The notes beneath the pieces are model-generated. The model made no database searches, was not told the DNA's origin, and saw only the letters and a list, made by a program, of their open reading frames with translations. Positions 1 to 12,400 of a DNA stretch of 64,000 nt are shown piece by piece (the stretch's first letter is position 1; the number at the start of each line of letters is the position of its first letter). The DNA comes from Haplodiscus bocki. Its lineage: Eukaryota. The position numbers and the translations under genes are program-made. Location: assembly GCA_965655095.1 (NCBI GenBank), contig OZ296649.1, positions 95,356,001 through 95,420,000 of the forward strand, read 5' to 3'.

Positions 1-609
1 TCCGGATAATTATCATTAAAATAAATGAATCAAATTCTCAATCTCGGAAACGTGCTCCGCCTAAATCAATTTACCCATAGTAAGCTGTCGATGATGCCTT
101 TGATGAAAAAAACTGAGTGGGCATTTTGAGAAAAACCATTTTCAAAATGGTCCAAAAACAGCATTTGAAGCATGTTTGTCACTTTTAGAATCATATCTTG
201 ACAATACAATAAACTCGAAAATCGGCACGACTTCAACATTTCTATATATTAACTTTCGAAAAAATAGGTTGAAAACAGAAAAATTAACTTTTCCAGATGA
301 TCGATTTGCTAGAATGAGGATGTAAAAAAAATTGCGATAATATACTTCCCCGGAATTTTTTTCAGTCATAACAATCCCGTGGACCGTTGCCGGGAAAGAC
401 TAACTAGAAAGAGTTGCGCTGTTAAACAACGAGAGAAATAGTCAGTAAAGTAGTTTTTGTATTTAAGGTTTGCTGAAGTAATAGTCCAGGGAAATAATTA
501 CAAAACAGTACAGCGGAATACTAAGGTTGGAGGCTATAAACAACGGGGTCGTTTTGTTGTTGTGTAGGTTGCAATATGACGCTACAGAAGATCGGCTACT
601 GATTATATA

Positions 610-3105
610 CAGTCCTGTCACAAAAGATTCGGACTTTTCTGTGGGCAGTATTTGGAACTGAACTTTTTATGACGTGAACTCGAAAACTGGCAGTTTTTGC
701 AAACAGTTGAAAAAATTTTTTGAACTGTCGGGCGGGGTTTGAACATCGAACCAAAAGGAATAAAAGTTTGAGACAAATTAAATTTCTTGGAGAGATTTTA
801 AGGATTAAACTCCGATTGAAAATATAGGAAAACCGTCAACTTTGGCCCCAAAGGTGAAAATTGCTTCCGAAATTCTGAAACATCCAAAACAATTGGCTAC
901 AGATCACTCTGCGTATGAGCATTTGGAGCAAAAAAATTCAAAAGATTTTGCCTAGCACTTTTGTCTAACCATCGCACATGCAAACCAGGCGGTCTCATAG
1001 GTTTGACTTAGCCCCCTGAGTCACTCGTACCAAAAATAAGAACATACCCGCGTTTATGACGGAACAATCCCAACATAAATACATAAATTTCACTAGTCGA
1101 AACAAAGCGAACATTTTCAATTTCTTCCGGATAGTATCAACTCCCAAGAATTTTCCAGGGTTTCAGACAAAATGATTTTGTTTAAAGGAAAATTTCCAAA
1201 AATTTCACTAGTTTAAATTTCACACAAAAATTTCAAAATCCAATGAATTTCGTGAAAAATATCGGATCACTACCCAAAACTAATGTAATTTTTAACCAAA
1301 CTTCTAGGTGAAAGAGGGTTACAGGATACAGTGCGCCCACACTACAACATTCTGGAAAGCAAAAACTTGATGTCGAATTTTTTTCCAAATTCTACGAACA
1401 GAAAAACCTCCAACTGTCAAAAAAACAGTAATATACAGATAACACTGTTGTGTTACTGTTCAGGCAACGATTGGCTCAATTGTCGGCTCAAAACCCATTT
1501 TTCAACGTTTTGAGGACTAGCAAAAGGACTCCAGGTGTAAAAAAATTCCATTTTTAGAAACAAGCAGGATTACCCAAAATCAGCGTCGCCTGTACGGCTC
1601 AAAAAGTCATAGAACGGAGTTGATTCTGACGTTTGAGAGAAATTGTAGTTTTGGGATCTCTGACTTCGGAATCCTTTCTTCCTAAAATTTTCTTTCAAAA
1701 AAGGTACAATTTTGGAATAGCCTGCAGTATAACATCTTTTCCGCAAAATTGTTATAAGTTCATTGTTTTGAAACAAGAAATCAGTAAAGCCTCGATTTAG
1801 CGCCAACATTCGCACGCTTGCAAACCTAATTGGCCGAATTTTGAGCAGCAGATATTCGAACAAACCGGTTACTACAACTATTTTTTCGAAACTATAGTTG
1901 TGGTTTGGAGGAAAAGTTGAGTATGCGGGAAGAAAGGCTCAGCAATCTCCCATTTATTCGCCAATAGTTGAGAAGTTCAGTAATCTTTCGATTTTCCGCC
2001 AATAGTTTCGGAGAATTGTTCGGCAAGTGCGTTGGTAACATTTCTTCCCTGGAGTATTTTCTAATTTTAACGAGATGAAAATTTATACTGAAGAGTGGGT
2101 CGATTCAAATTAAGTGCGTCTTACGAAAAAAAAAATAGCACTGTAATAGTCAGCCTTTTTTCAAAATTCCAAGCAACTTTCGAAAATCGCAACGAGAACT
2201 CATCAAGGGTGACTTGTAGAACACCCACAAATACGAAAACGGAAGTTTGCGGTACCTCTAAGGCAGAACTCATGTTATCGGCCGGCTCAGGATTCAAGTT
2301 GAAAACTTATGAATTTTGGAAAATTCTATTAAAAGTCAACGTGTAATTTCGAACTTTCCACCTGCAAAAATTATATGGGAAAATATTGCAAGAATCAACA
2401 GTCGAAAGCTGACAAAATGTTTGAGTGACTTACATGCAAAATTCTAGTCAGTTGAATGCTTAGAAGCTAACTTACTGCAGTTTGAAAATTTCTTATCAGG
2501 CTAATTTTTGGATATGAATGTACGCTTCAAAAACAGCAACAGATACATTTCATAGCTTTTTTTGCAAAAAATCTAAATTCTCAAGAATTTTTTGGCCACT
2601 GCGAAAAATTTATCGTAGATTTTTTCGGTATCAGATATTGGCTGAGTAATGGAAAAATGTTTAACATTCGCAAGTCGCACCCATTGAGCAGGCAGGTAAA
2701 ATCGCAGCCATAGCAAGGTAACACCGCATCCGCTATACGTATTAGATGAATTGATGAAAGCAAGATGCAAGCAAACCAACAAAAGCAGTCGGTCGCCTGA
2801 ATAAAGGCAGTCGACTCAATTATAACAATTTTACAAGTTAACAATCAGACTTTTCAAATGTCTGGAAAAAAAGCGCATGAGGCGTACTTATAATATTGAA
2901 CATCTTCGCCTTCGCTATTGAAAACAGTTGAGACAACAGTTTAAAGATTTGTTACATGTCAATACAAGATCTTTAATTACAGTAATATCAATCCAAAAGC
3001 TTCCAAACAAACAGCACTGTAAGCTAGGTGAAACTTGAAATAGACCGAAATATGGTTTGTCCAAAACATTTCTCACGAGAGTCCGAATCTTTTGTGGCAG
3101 TACCG
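610..3105. mobile_element. Tc1/mariner-type non-autonomous DNA transposon (~2.5 kb, no intact transposase)
   Basis: The left end TA|CAGTCCTGTCACAAAAGATTCGGACT (610-635) and right end AGTCCGAATCTTTTGTGGCAGTACCG|TA (3080-3105) form an imperfect ~26-bp TIR flanked by TA on both sides. CAGT termini with a TA target site are typical of Tc1/mariner. No transposase ORF is recognisable inside. Confidence 0.75.
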
Positions 3106-3985
3106 TAGGTTTTGAGGTACTGTGTAAATGGTCAAAAATGTATTAATTTTTCTTAGCTTCGAGGTGAAACAAACTTTGTAGCCCCCAGACGATAATTTGT
3201 TAAACTCCAACGTTTATTGGGTTTAACCTTTGAACATTTTCTAATCAACCTCGAGGTCAAAGTTCTTGGCTTCAATGCAAACTGTAGTTAATTACTTCAC
3301 GAATTATGGTATTTGTCTTCTCTATAATTATGCAAATATGCTGCGGTCGACTTCAATTGTTTATCAGGCATGTTCGTAACGATCAGTTAGTACAGGAGTT
3401 TAAAATAAAATACTTAAAATGCGCCCCCTTATTATCAACTTCAAATTAAGTGTCACAAAAACAAGAACTTACCTTATTTGCAAAATTTTAGAATCTGATG
3501 TTGAAGTCATCTGGTCATGTTTCATTTCGAATCTGATCATAGTTAATAAGTTAGAAAAAAGTCGCTTATTATCAAAACCAGTGGAAGAGTTGAATATATG
3601 CAACTGATTTTCAGGAAAATCTTCGTAAATCTACTGTAATGTTTTCAAAAATCAAAAACCAAGCTGACTAAATAATTTCCGTTTTCATTTGTTTTCACTT
3701 TTCCGTTATTTTCGAGACAGTGGGAAACATTTTCCCGGAGAAAAAGAGCGTGAAAAAAGGTTGTTTCCAGGGTTCTGCCACTACTAATTACCAGTTTATC
3801 GAAGCGGAAGCATTTCATTAGCGATATAGATTAGCAGTATAAATTCATTGATGGATTTTCGGACTATATGTTTTGTTTCTAATGATGATTGTAGCCACCG
3901 CATCTGCCTTCAAGTGTTGATACAAATTCTGAAATACCCTTCCAATTTGTATTTAACGAACGCTTTCAGTGTCTCCAGTCATCAG

Positions 3986-4981
3986 TAGGGGGACCCAAAA
4001 GTCATAAAGTCATAAAATACGGTCATATTTTCACATATTTTTCGGTTAGGTCATATTTTGAGAAATATGCCATTAATGTACTTGTGTTTACAATTTGTGC
4101 ACAAAAAGCTCTCAAAATACAAATCCAAAATCGTCAGGCACCAAATTAATGGACGAATAACGCATTGTTTGCCACGCATTGTTTGCATTTACAACAGCAT
4201 ACGCAATTGTTCAAAGGATTATTTGCAGTCACTTTACTTTATATTCTGTTTTATTTATCAACACTTTTATTTGTTATTGCATTTCAGAAAATGCCAAAAC
4301 AAGCCGCATCAGGTAAGAGTAAAGTAAACGCATTTATTCGGGAATTTCACAATGAATTTATATCGACCCCAACAGATGAGTTATTTTGCAAATTGTGTGA
4401 GAAAGTTGTTAAGCATGACAAGCGTTTTCATGTTGATCAACACCGAAATGGTAGCGTGCACCAAGCTAAACTGACAATTCCAACTACCAGCCGGCAATCG
4501 TTTATATCGACCCCAAACATTCCAAATTTTAACGAAACGGTTGTTAAAACGTTTTTGGGCGCCAATATTCCTCTCAAGAAGTTACGTCACCCTGCAATTC
4601 GACGTCTGTTTATTGATATGGGGCATCCTTTGCCAAGTGAGTCTACCAGTCGAAGAATTGTTGAAAATATTGCAAAGGAAGAAGAGAATCAAATGATATA
4701 TAACTTCAATTACATTGTTTTCTCAATTACAACAATGCTCTGCGACAAGTTGTGCGGTCGAGAGAAGTTTTTCGCTGCTGAAAAAACTGCTGTCGAAGGA
4801 GAGGAATTTTCTACCGGACAATTTAAAGAAATATTTCATATTCTATTATAATCATGCTGCAAAAGAAATTCAATGAATTGTACCTTATACACCTTTTCAA
4901 ATAAAGTCATATATAAAGTCATATTTCGACAAACGTTAGGTCATATTTTAAAATTTTTTAGGTCATAACTGGGTCCCCCTA
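3986..4981 (+). mobile_element. Internally deleted hAT transposon (996 bp) nested in the MITE
   Basis: Perfect 12-bp TIR TAGGGGGACCCA / TGGGTCCCCCTA and a perfect 8-bp TSD GTCATCAG (3978-3985 and 4982-4989). GTCATA subterminal repeats occur at both ends, and transposase remnants lie inside. Confidence 0.92.
4291..4876 (+). pseudogene. hAT transposase remnant: CGGBP1-like BED zinc finger N-terminus joined out of frame to the C-terminal dimerization motif; catalytic core deleted
   Basis: From ATG 4291 (preceded by TTTCAG) the frame reads LFCKLCEKVVKHDKRFHVDQHRNGSVH and FLGANIPLKKLRHPAIRRLF...LPSESTSRR, which are CGGBP1-like motifs. After ~4690 another frame reads CSATSCAVERSFSLLKKLLSKERNFLPDNLKKY...EIQ*, the hAT dimerization-domain signature. 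Confidence 0.85.
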
Positions 4982-5804
4982 GTCATCAGTTACGTCAAAA
5001 TATTTTCTCCAGTGGCATAGCATGCTCGGAAATATAGAAATGAATGTCTGGCTATGAATGTCTATCAGTTCTGGCAAAAATTGGTTCCCAAAAATAGCGA
5101 ATTAGCGCTTCCAAAGTAGCGGCCTAGCGATTAGCGGTTAAAGTTAGCGATGTCAGAACCCTGGTTGTTTCATAATAGCTTCTTGGTGTTTTCCATATTA
5201 AAATTGTATTCGTATGTAAAAAAATTATGACACCCTGATTTTGCGGATTTTTGATCAAATTCGCAGTTGTTAAAAGATTAAAATTCAGTGCACTCGAACA
5301 AAAGAGGCTGTTTCATCGTTTTGAATCTCTTCCGAAACATCTGCTTATCAAATATTTTCGAAAACCATTCAAAAAGTTTACGATTATAGGGCAGAGTGGA
5401 ATCGCTATACACAATACATGATGCAACTTAAGCAAATATATGCAACTGCAGCTATGACTGAAGCAGAAGTGTCCGCAAACGTAGATTTAGTGGTCTGGGA
5501 AATGGTCAATGCCGTACCTACAATATCTTTCGCCTTCGGCTTTAAAAGGTTCATTTTGGATTAGTCCCTTGATCACTACTTTAGAATAAACAAATGCTTT
5601 CTGATAAATTTTATTTTGAAGCTATAAAATGGAAACTATGCAACTGACAGAATAAACACAAAACATTTTCCATCATGAATAATTATCCATTGCATGGTAT
5701 ATGCATTAAATTGATAGCACTGATTTCTGAAATTTAACGAGCCCCCGCTTCTATGAAGTATTTTAGTGACATCTATTTTCCAAGAAAATGCAATGCAATG
5801 TAGT

Positions 5805-5810
5805 TTTATT
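5805..5810 (-). promoter_or_regulatory. Candidate polyadenylation signal AATAAA of the zinc-finger gene
   Basis: TTTATT on the + strand, ~140 nt after the stop codon. Chance matches are common in AT-rich DNA. Confidence 0.4.
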
Positions 5811-5946
5811 GAATCAAAATATAAGTTCTGTACTTGAAAATCTAATTGAATTGACTTATAATATCTAATGGCACAAAAACAGAATGGCTCTTTCTAGAGT
5901 TCCAAGTTTTTGGGCATTATAGTTCGAATGTTTTTTCATGAGCTTT

Positions 5947-6474
5947 CTAATTTGGGTTGGGTAAAGCCAGAGGAGGCAACTGTTGCGTGGGGCCATTGAT
6001 TGCAATACCATGATGCATGTTCACATTGAATCCACTGGTTGAGGCCATGTTACCATCATAAACATGTTGCGACAAGGGCAAAGTTATGTTACCAGTTTGA
6101 TGCTGTTCCATGTACAAACTACTTTCGGAGTTGCCCAGATGATTGTTCGCAGGAGCAATGTGAGTATCGTATGAAAAAATTATGCGGTCGCTAGCATAAT
6201 AGGGAACTTCGGCAGGCGCGTAGCAAGTGTAGCTGCCGGTATCAGAGGCCGGATTCATTTGATTGACATGTCCCTGTGTATTGATTGACTGTGGAACCGG
6301 GATTTCAGTGAGCACGTTTAAATCAGTAACTGCAGTGGGAACTTTCGGAAGGAAGTTCTGATCCAGAGCAGGTAGATGTACATATGAAGTATTGTGGTCG
6401 AAATTAGTAGTGGGTGGTGGATTGAACAACTTGTGTCGTTGGGTCAATCTCCTCGTCTCTCGATACTGTGCCTC
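5947..6474 (-). CDS. ZNF236-like terminal coding exon 8 (Pro/Gln/His/Asn-rich tail)
   Basis: Acceptor TTTTTTTCAG|GAG is in phase 0 and in frame with ORF 5947..6447. The segment is GC-richer than its flanks and is followed by AATAAA. Confidence 0.75.
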   Translation of the reverse strand, partial: EAQYRETRRLTQRHKLFNPPPTTNFDHNTSYVHLPALDQNFLPKVPTAVTDLNVLTEIPVPQSINTQGHVNQMNPASDTGSYTCYAPAEVPYYASDRIIFSYDTHIAPANNHLGNSESSLYMEQHQTGNITLPLSQHVYDGNMASTSGFNVNMHHGIAINGPTQQLPPLALPNPN

Positions 6475-9400
6475 CTGAAAAAAAGTGGAAAATACTCACG
6501 GTGCAGGTCACAAGAGAACAAAATACTTGAGAAAAAATAGTACATTGGGTTTGAACAATTAATCCAAAAGATTGACGAAAGTGGAAACTTTAACTGAACT
6601 TAGAACTCAAATCATCGACGCTTGTTATGCGCAGAAGCAAGATGTTTCATATAGATCCATAACGAAACGCCAAAATATACCAAGCTTCAACAGAGTTGCT
6701 CATACTTGCTTTACAAGTAAAACGCTGAGTATTGAGTCGCTTAGATATTTTGAAGACAAAAAGTTTACACCACATTCTAACACGAAGACATACAATACAG
6801 TCTTGCTTTTAATTAATGCGACTAAGCAATTTTGATACGCTCTAGAAAATCCTAAGTGGAGAAGTAAATAATAGAAGATCAGAGTAAACAAAGGTACTCT
6901 GAGAAAGTTGATTAAAAGGGCTACCACATGGCTATTTAATTTGCCAAAACAAGTACTTCAAAGAGGTAGAAAATCGTATCCCAAAGTTGAGTAAATAAAC
7001 CATGCAAGCATTGCGAATATTGACTAATTTTGGCAGTTTTCGTAAAAAATCTTGACAAAGATGCAAGATAGCATGAAAAAAATTACAGAATTTGTTAGTT
7101 TTGCTTATTACCCAAAGCTTTTAATTTGTTAGTTTTGGTTATTCCTCAGAGCTTTTATCTTGAACATTTTTTTCACAACTTCCAATTTTTAGAAGAAATT
7201 GCAAAAAGTAAAAGTATAATTTTAACATCCTATTTTAATACATTTTCAAACTTAGCAGATTCAAGATGGATTTCAGAATAGTTTTTGAAAACTTTCATGC
7301 TGACAGATGATATTAGCGGTCACAGAAACATCAGAGGCATTTATTGATGTAGTAAAATTCCATAATTAATTTTAAAGTTACGAATTTCTCAAAAGAATAG
7401 AAAATTTGGCCAAAAACGCATTTTTGTTTTATTCGCTGGAAATTTTTTTTAAAAAAAACACCATTATATTCTCCTAAAATTTCCAAGAATATTTTAATTC
7501 TGGTACTTTTGTCCAAAATGATTATTCCAGAAGTTATTCGTGCTTAAAGTTGACTTATGCATTAAAGTTGCCGCATTAATTAAAATCATGACTGTCCATG
7601 AGCGTTGAAACGTCCACAACAAAAATTTAGGGAACTGTCGATCATTGCAACTTGGTTTCATGCATCATGTGCTAGTTTCTCTTCCAAAGAGGATCAAACT
7701 GACCTACCGTAAACTTCAAAAACTCGACCTCGTTTTATAACCAAGTAGAAGGTACTTAAAACATCGAAAGTTGTGACGCAAAATCAAACTGCTATCTTAA
7801 TACATGTCGATACAAAATCTCTAACTTCTATAATAAGGATCCCAGAAGTTTCAAATAAACACCATTGTAAACTCGATGAAATTTTAATTTTTATCCGACC
7901 ATATCTTGTGATTTTTGAGTGTTACGCAATTGCATCGCTCCAATCTTCATTACAAAATAAAGGTTCCTTTTTCAATCACACTACTTTAAATCAAATCAGT
8001 GTTCTGCAAAGAAGTTCATTCATAGATTTATTCCTTTATTTTAACCTAAAGAAACATTTCTAATATTTGGTATCTAAACACGACAAGTGATTCATTGCAA
8101 GAAATGCATGTACTTAAGTTCAATCGTAATTACATATAATATGCTGAACTATTTGGTAACTCTATATCCTTGCAGTTTGAGCTAAAATGTCCATCAATAA
8201 AGCAAGTCTGAAAAAAACCTTAGCTCTCCGTGATTGCATCTTCGACGTAAAGTGGTGCTGATCCATATGATATTGCCTCTGGAAGGAGGAGTTGAACTTT
8301 TTCGGACAGAATCTACATCTCAAAGGTGCAGCCCCACTGTGTAATCTCATATGAAGAGATAATGAACTTGCACTCACAAACTGTCTCTTGCATAAATGAC
8401 ACGTGAAAAGTTTGCTCGTTCGCCAATGACTTCTGCAGACAAAAAGCCAAGATAGATAATCAAATTGTCGCAATCAGCTTAAAAAATCCATTTCCCTTTT
8501 TCCTATAATGAATCTGATTTCTGGAAACTGAACCAATTACATCTTCATGAAATTCAATTGCACTACAAACAAAGCAAAAAAACTAACGCAATATGATAAT
8601 TAAAAGAACTCTGCGTTTTGTAGCTCCTATGACAGAACTTGCAATTGAAGGGCCGCTCATTGGTATGACTTCTCACGTGTAATTTTAGCGCAATATTCGA
8701 CGAGAAAGCCTTGGGACAATCTCGACACTGGAACATTTTATTCTGGGTGAGTCGAAGTTGTTTTTGGTAGAGATGAGCCGATCCATGTGTATCACTCAGC
8801 TGCACTTCCTTGGTAATTTCATCGATGGATTTCAGCAGGATTTTTTCAGAGATGGTCACGTTTTTCTGGTCTTCTTTCTTTGTTTCGGCCATCTTGCATT
8901 TGATATCATTTGCATCCTGTTGACTAATTCGAATGAAATCTACGGATTTGTATTTAGGTGGTGGACCTGCAACAAATCAAACACTACCTGAAACTAACGG
9001 TGTGCGATGATCATTTTTTTTTCGAAACAATGCATCGATTAGTAGGTCAACTTTTGTTTCTCACAGAAAATAAGTACGTTTTTGGCTGATGTTTGTGCAT
9101 TATCACCGCATTCCATTCTGAGGAATTTTTATTTAAAGAGACGCGAAGCTGTGCTTCGCATACACTTGGGACACGCAGGTGAGGAAGGTCATCGACTAAA
9201 TACCCATCGTCCAAATGATTCTCGTGAAATTTTCAACATAGCAAAATTTTCTCAATGAAAACGAATACAGTCACTCAACGGCAACCCTACCACCGGGATT
9301 CAAATTGAGCAATGGATCGCCGCAATCCCACCGATGTTCTCCGGAAAAAAGTTTGAAAGACGAGGATAAAACTTTCGAATATCAAAGGAGTCATAATATT

Positions 9401-12400
9401 TCATGTGAGAAGTATTAAACATACAAAACGGATATGCCTGCTTCTTTTCAGATTCTCCAGATTGCGGCCTTTTGAAAAAACACTGGATGGCCCCAATACC
9501 AAACTGGTACTGTTTGAGAAGAACAACTTGGCAATAAGATGGAAGCAAAAATTTTCGAATGACAAATAACTCAAAATATTGCAGTTTTAAAGTGGGAAAT
9601 GCCAGTAAAGCGGCAAGCCTGCTTTTCTACAGATTCTTCAAAATTGTGCCTTTTCGAAAGATTACTAGAAGGCCCCAGTCTAACCACTAGCCTTCAAGAA
9701 AATTGACTTTAAAGAAACCAATTTAACAATTCTTGAATTTTAAACTACAAACCGAGAAAATTTGTGCCGAAAATATGAAACGTCACATCCGTTCTATCCC
9801 CAGGTTCAATACATTGCGGACTTTTGAATGAGCAGTGGATAGCCGCAATCCAATCAGTAGTCTTTGAAAAGAACAACTTTCGAAATATTAGCACTTTAGA
9901 GGAATGTCTCAACAAGTCCACATTAGAAAATGTTAACGAACTATTCCCCGTTCAATAATCTTTCTGAGATGCGGTTTTGGAAAATAAACACAAGTTTCAC
10001 TGGAGCTCCCCATAGAGCGTAAATTCCGATATAACGTGATTTCCATTGCCAACCGAGCTATTATCTCATTATTTTTCGTAGTAACACCTTACGAAAGAAA
10101 AATCTTTAATTGTTAGCCAATTCTCGTTGTATTAACTGACGTCCTACCTGATTTCTTCAGTGAAGTGGTTAAATGCAATAGGCGGGATTCAGGCGGCGAT
10201 GGTCAGGTTCTCATTAGGATTACATTTTTTAATACGTATTTCGCGTTTTCATCAACTTTTATTTTTTTAAAAAATTGAGTTAAAACATCAAAATTTTAAT
10301 TTCATTCTAGAGTTTTAGTGGCTTTTTATGCAAAAACATATAAATTTTGAAACTTTCGGGCAATATGGAATAATCTGACAACAGTTTCACATAAACTAAA
10401 AAAACTTCCGAAAAGCCGATCTTCGAAACTTACAATAACGATTGATTATTAGTACCTCCGATATTTCTAATTCATCGAAGTGATTCCTCTCCGAAAGTAC
10501 CAACTGAAAATCGCAAATTATGTCAGTCGACAACTTTCGACTTGCAGAAGGGCATTGAGACGTTGAAACTCGGATTTTGCAAAGTCGCTTTTTTCAACGA
10601 CAACCAGCCAGCTTTGCTCCATCACCACGTTAGTCGAGTACTTTCTCTTTATAAAAGAGAATTCGACACAGAAGTGCCAGACTTGATTGTTGGATGATAA
10701 AACTTCTAGACTGAAAACTCCACAAAAAGTCCCGACACTATTGAATTTTGTCGATTTTCACACTAAATTTCTCTCCAAAACTACTGGTCCGATTTTCCCC
10801 ATCAATGTCTTAATTGACAGCTATCAACTTGCAAAAGGACATTCAACAATGAAATCTGGGGAGTTGGTTATTGCATCGGAATTCTCAAAAATGGAAAAGT
10901 CAGAAATATTCCATTAGTATATACTTTGCTCGAAATTCAAACTCCATTTCCTCCAAAACAAGCGTCTTGATTTCTTCCTTCGAAGCCTCAAGGAGTTTTT
11001 CATTCGTAGGCGAGCATTAAATACAAAAACGTTCGGCTTCGTTCATTCTCACTGAACCCTGATATGCTAAACAAGCTGAGGTGCCATCTCCATTGACTTT
11101 TTTCCGTTCACAAATTTAACTTTTCTCGAAGACCAACAGTTTGATTTCTTCTAACATTGTCTAAGCGAGAGTTTTCAACTAGTGAATTGGCATTCAACAC
11201 CTCAAAAAAACATGGATATCTTGTCACTCCACTGAAACTTTGAGACCAAAAACGCCAAAGAACTTCAGTACTAATTTTTCGAACTTGATTTCCTTCCGCA
11301 ACTACAGGTTAGATTTTCTTTATCAATATCATGAACAACACTTTTGAACTTCTAGAGGGGCGTTCAACACGGCGCTTTTGGATTGCTTTCAATACACCGG
11401 ACTACCCAAGACAGAAAATGTCAAAAGCCAGTAGTCTAGACTTTTTTCTTACTCAGTGTTTGCCAACTCTACTAATTCGATCTCATCCAATTCCCCGATC
11501 GGCAGCCACTTAGGTGCAAAAAAGTTTGAAACGATAAAAACAAGTTTCGGTTTTGTTTCATCAATGGTAATTGGGATGAGTCAAAATTATCAGAAATGCC
11601 ATTTTGAGACATCTTTGAGTTTGTTTAAAGTCGATATGTTCAAACACCACTAGCTGGAATTTTTTTGCAATTACACTTATGTGCTAGATTGCTGAAAACT
11701 TTTGTTTCGAGACACTTTTTTGGTTCATTGGAAACCTGACAGGCCACAAATGCCAAGAACTAAAAAGTAGTGACATTTTTTGATATTGAACATTAGTTTT
11801 CTCAAAAACTATCGGGTTCATTTCCTTTAAGACGTTAACCGACAGTTACCGACTTTTGAAGGGGTATTCTGAAACAAAATATCAGGTTTTGTTGAATGCA
11901 TCGGAATGGTGATAGGCTGAAAAAGTAAAAAGTGCACTTAATTTTGCTTTTCCTGGCTGTTCATACTCGACTTCCTCCAACAAAACCCAATGGATTTCCT
12001 CTATCAAGTTCTGAATCGACCGCGTCTGCTGGAAGGAAGTCATGAGAATTTTTTTCACTTTCTTTTCTTTCGGAGCTCTGATAGGTGCCAAAAAACCAAA
12101 AAGTGCCACATGTAACAAATTCTGTTCAAAACTGACCACTTTTCATTCCAAAGCTATGCTCTGAAGTGTTCGCATCAAGGAGTCGCTCGACAACCCTCTT
12201 TCACATGAAGTAAATTATTAGTTTTATTCGGCTTTGCTTGTTGCATCAGAGACTGATATGCCAAAACATCGAAAACGCGCTACAACGAAAAATTAGGAAG
12301 ATGCAATTATTTTGACAAAATTTTGCGATTTTTTAGGCCTTGTCGATGGAAAATTTCGCACCGCTGCTGCTCCTCATCCAGTTACAACTAGCATGCTTAA

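Larger units (their letters stand above)
3768..5163. mobile_element. hAT-superfamily MITE (outer element, ~390 bp once the nested insertion is removed)
   Basis: TIR CAGGGTTCTGCCA / TGTCAGAACCCTG with a perfect 8-bp TSD GTTGTTTC (3760-3767 and 5164-5171). There is a cluster of TAGCG subterminal repeats at 5095-5150. Confidence 0.85.

Noticed and set aside
4165-4290. Hydrophobic N-terminal extension of the 228-aa ORF
   Set aside because: It begins at TTG in a T-rich, intron-like tract ending in TTTCAG. The plausible start is ATG 4291.
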